Positions 63,621 through 64,000 of a DNA stretch of 64,000 bases are shown here, piece after piece (the stretch's first letter is position 1; each line of letters opens with the position of its first letter). Both the position numbers and the translations under genes were made by a program. The stretch is from Vicugna vicugna (Eukaryota), in assembly GCA_013265495.1 (NCBI GenBank), contig MU057416.1:1048545-1112544 (forward strand). Reading direction: 5' to 3'. The notes under the pieces are model-generated. The model made no database searches. It was not told the DNA's origin and was given only the letters and a program-made list of their open reading frames with translations.

Positions 63621-64000
63621 CTCGCATCTTACTAAGCAGGGCCGCCTGCCTGCACTGGCGCTTCAAAGCAGGCAGAAAGCTTCGGACCTTTCCTCTGAGT
63701 CAACTGTGGGTTCTTTTAAAAAGGGCGGGTTTTTAAAACATTGACCCCAACCCCTTTTCTCCCCCGTTGCCGCTGTCTTTTGTGAGGAAGCCACATGGAT
63801 GCCAGCTAGTCCTTTATCACCATCCCTCCAGGTCTTTGGGGGTCTGATGGGAAGGCAGACTGGCCTAGAATGAAGACACCAGTGTGGCTTAAACAGGTCC
63901 CTTCTGGGGTTGAGGCCGGGTTATGAACGTGATCACGAAGTTTGCCACCAGCCAAGTCAGGCTCAGCCTCGAGAGCCGGTAAAATGTGTGCCACACTGCA

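Noticed and set aside
61948..63666. 236-, 214-, 208- and 170-aa ORFs in the terminal CpG island
   Set aside because: Overlapping on both strands, compositionally biased, and with no recognisable transcription-factor or other domain.
1..64000. CRISPR arrays, operons or other prokaryotic systems
   Set aside because: The sequence is clearly mammalian, and no regularly spaced direct repeats were seen.

Overview
This is mammalian genomic DNA, most likely camelid (alpaca, llama or camel), judged from about 17 copies of a tRNA-Ala-derived SINE resembling the camelid vic-1 family. I cannot support any protein-coding exon. The long GC-rich ORFs are by-products of base composition, and the only protein-like ORFs are transposon debris (L1 ORF1/ORF2, a hAT-Tip100-like transposase, Charlie1). 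The window reads as a repeat-rich intergenic or regulatory region containing L1, L2, MIR, Tigger, hAT and ERVL-LTR fragments, microsatellites and one 154-N gap. It ends in a series of CpG islands (56.3-57.0 kb, 60.4-60.9 kb, 62.2-63.6 kb) that probably lie upstream of a gene beyond the right edge. There is also a candidate antisense lncRNA terminal exon and two GATA-motif clusters. The most striking pattern is a set of short CpG-rich patches where recognisable, normally AT-rich repeats carry dense, almost one-way A/T->G/C substitutions, the expected scar of strong GC-biased gene conversion at recombination hotspots. Other notable items are an internal micro-inversion in an old L1 with an inverted breakpoint duplication, and a fossil hAT-Tip100 transposase. 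Repeat family names come from my recall of consensus sequences, not a database search, and repeat boundaries are approximate.
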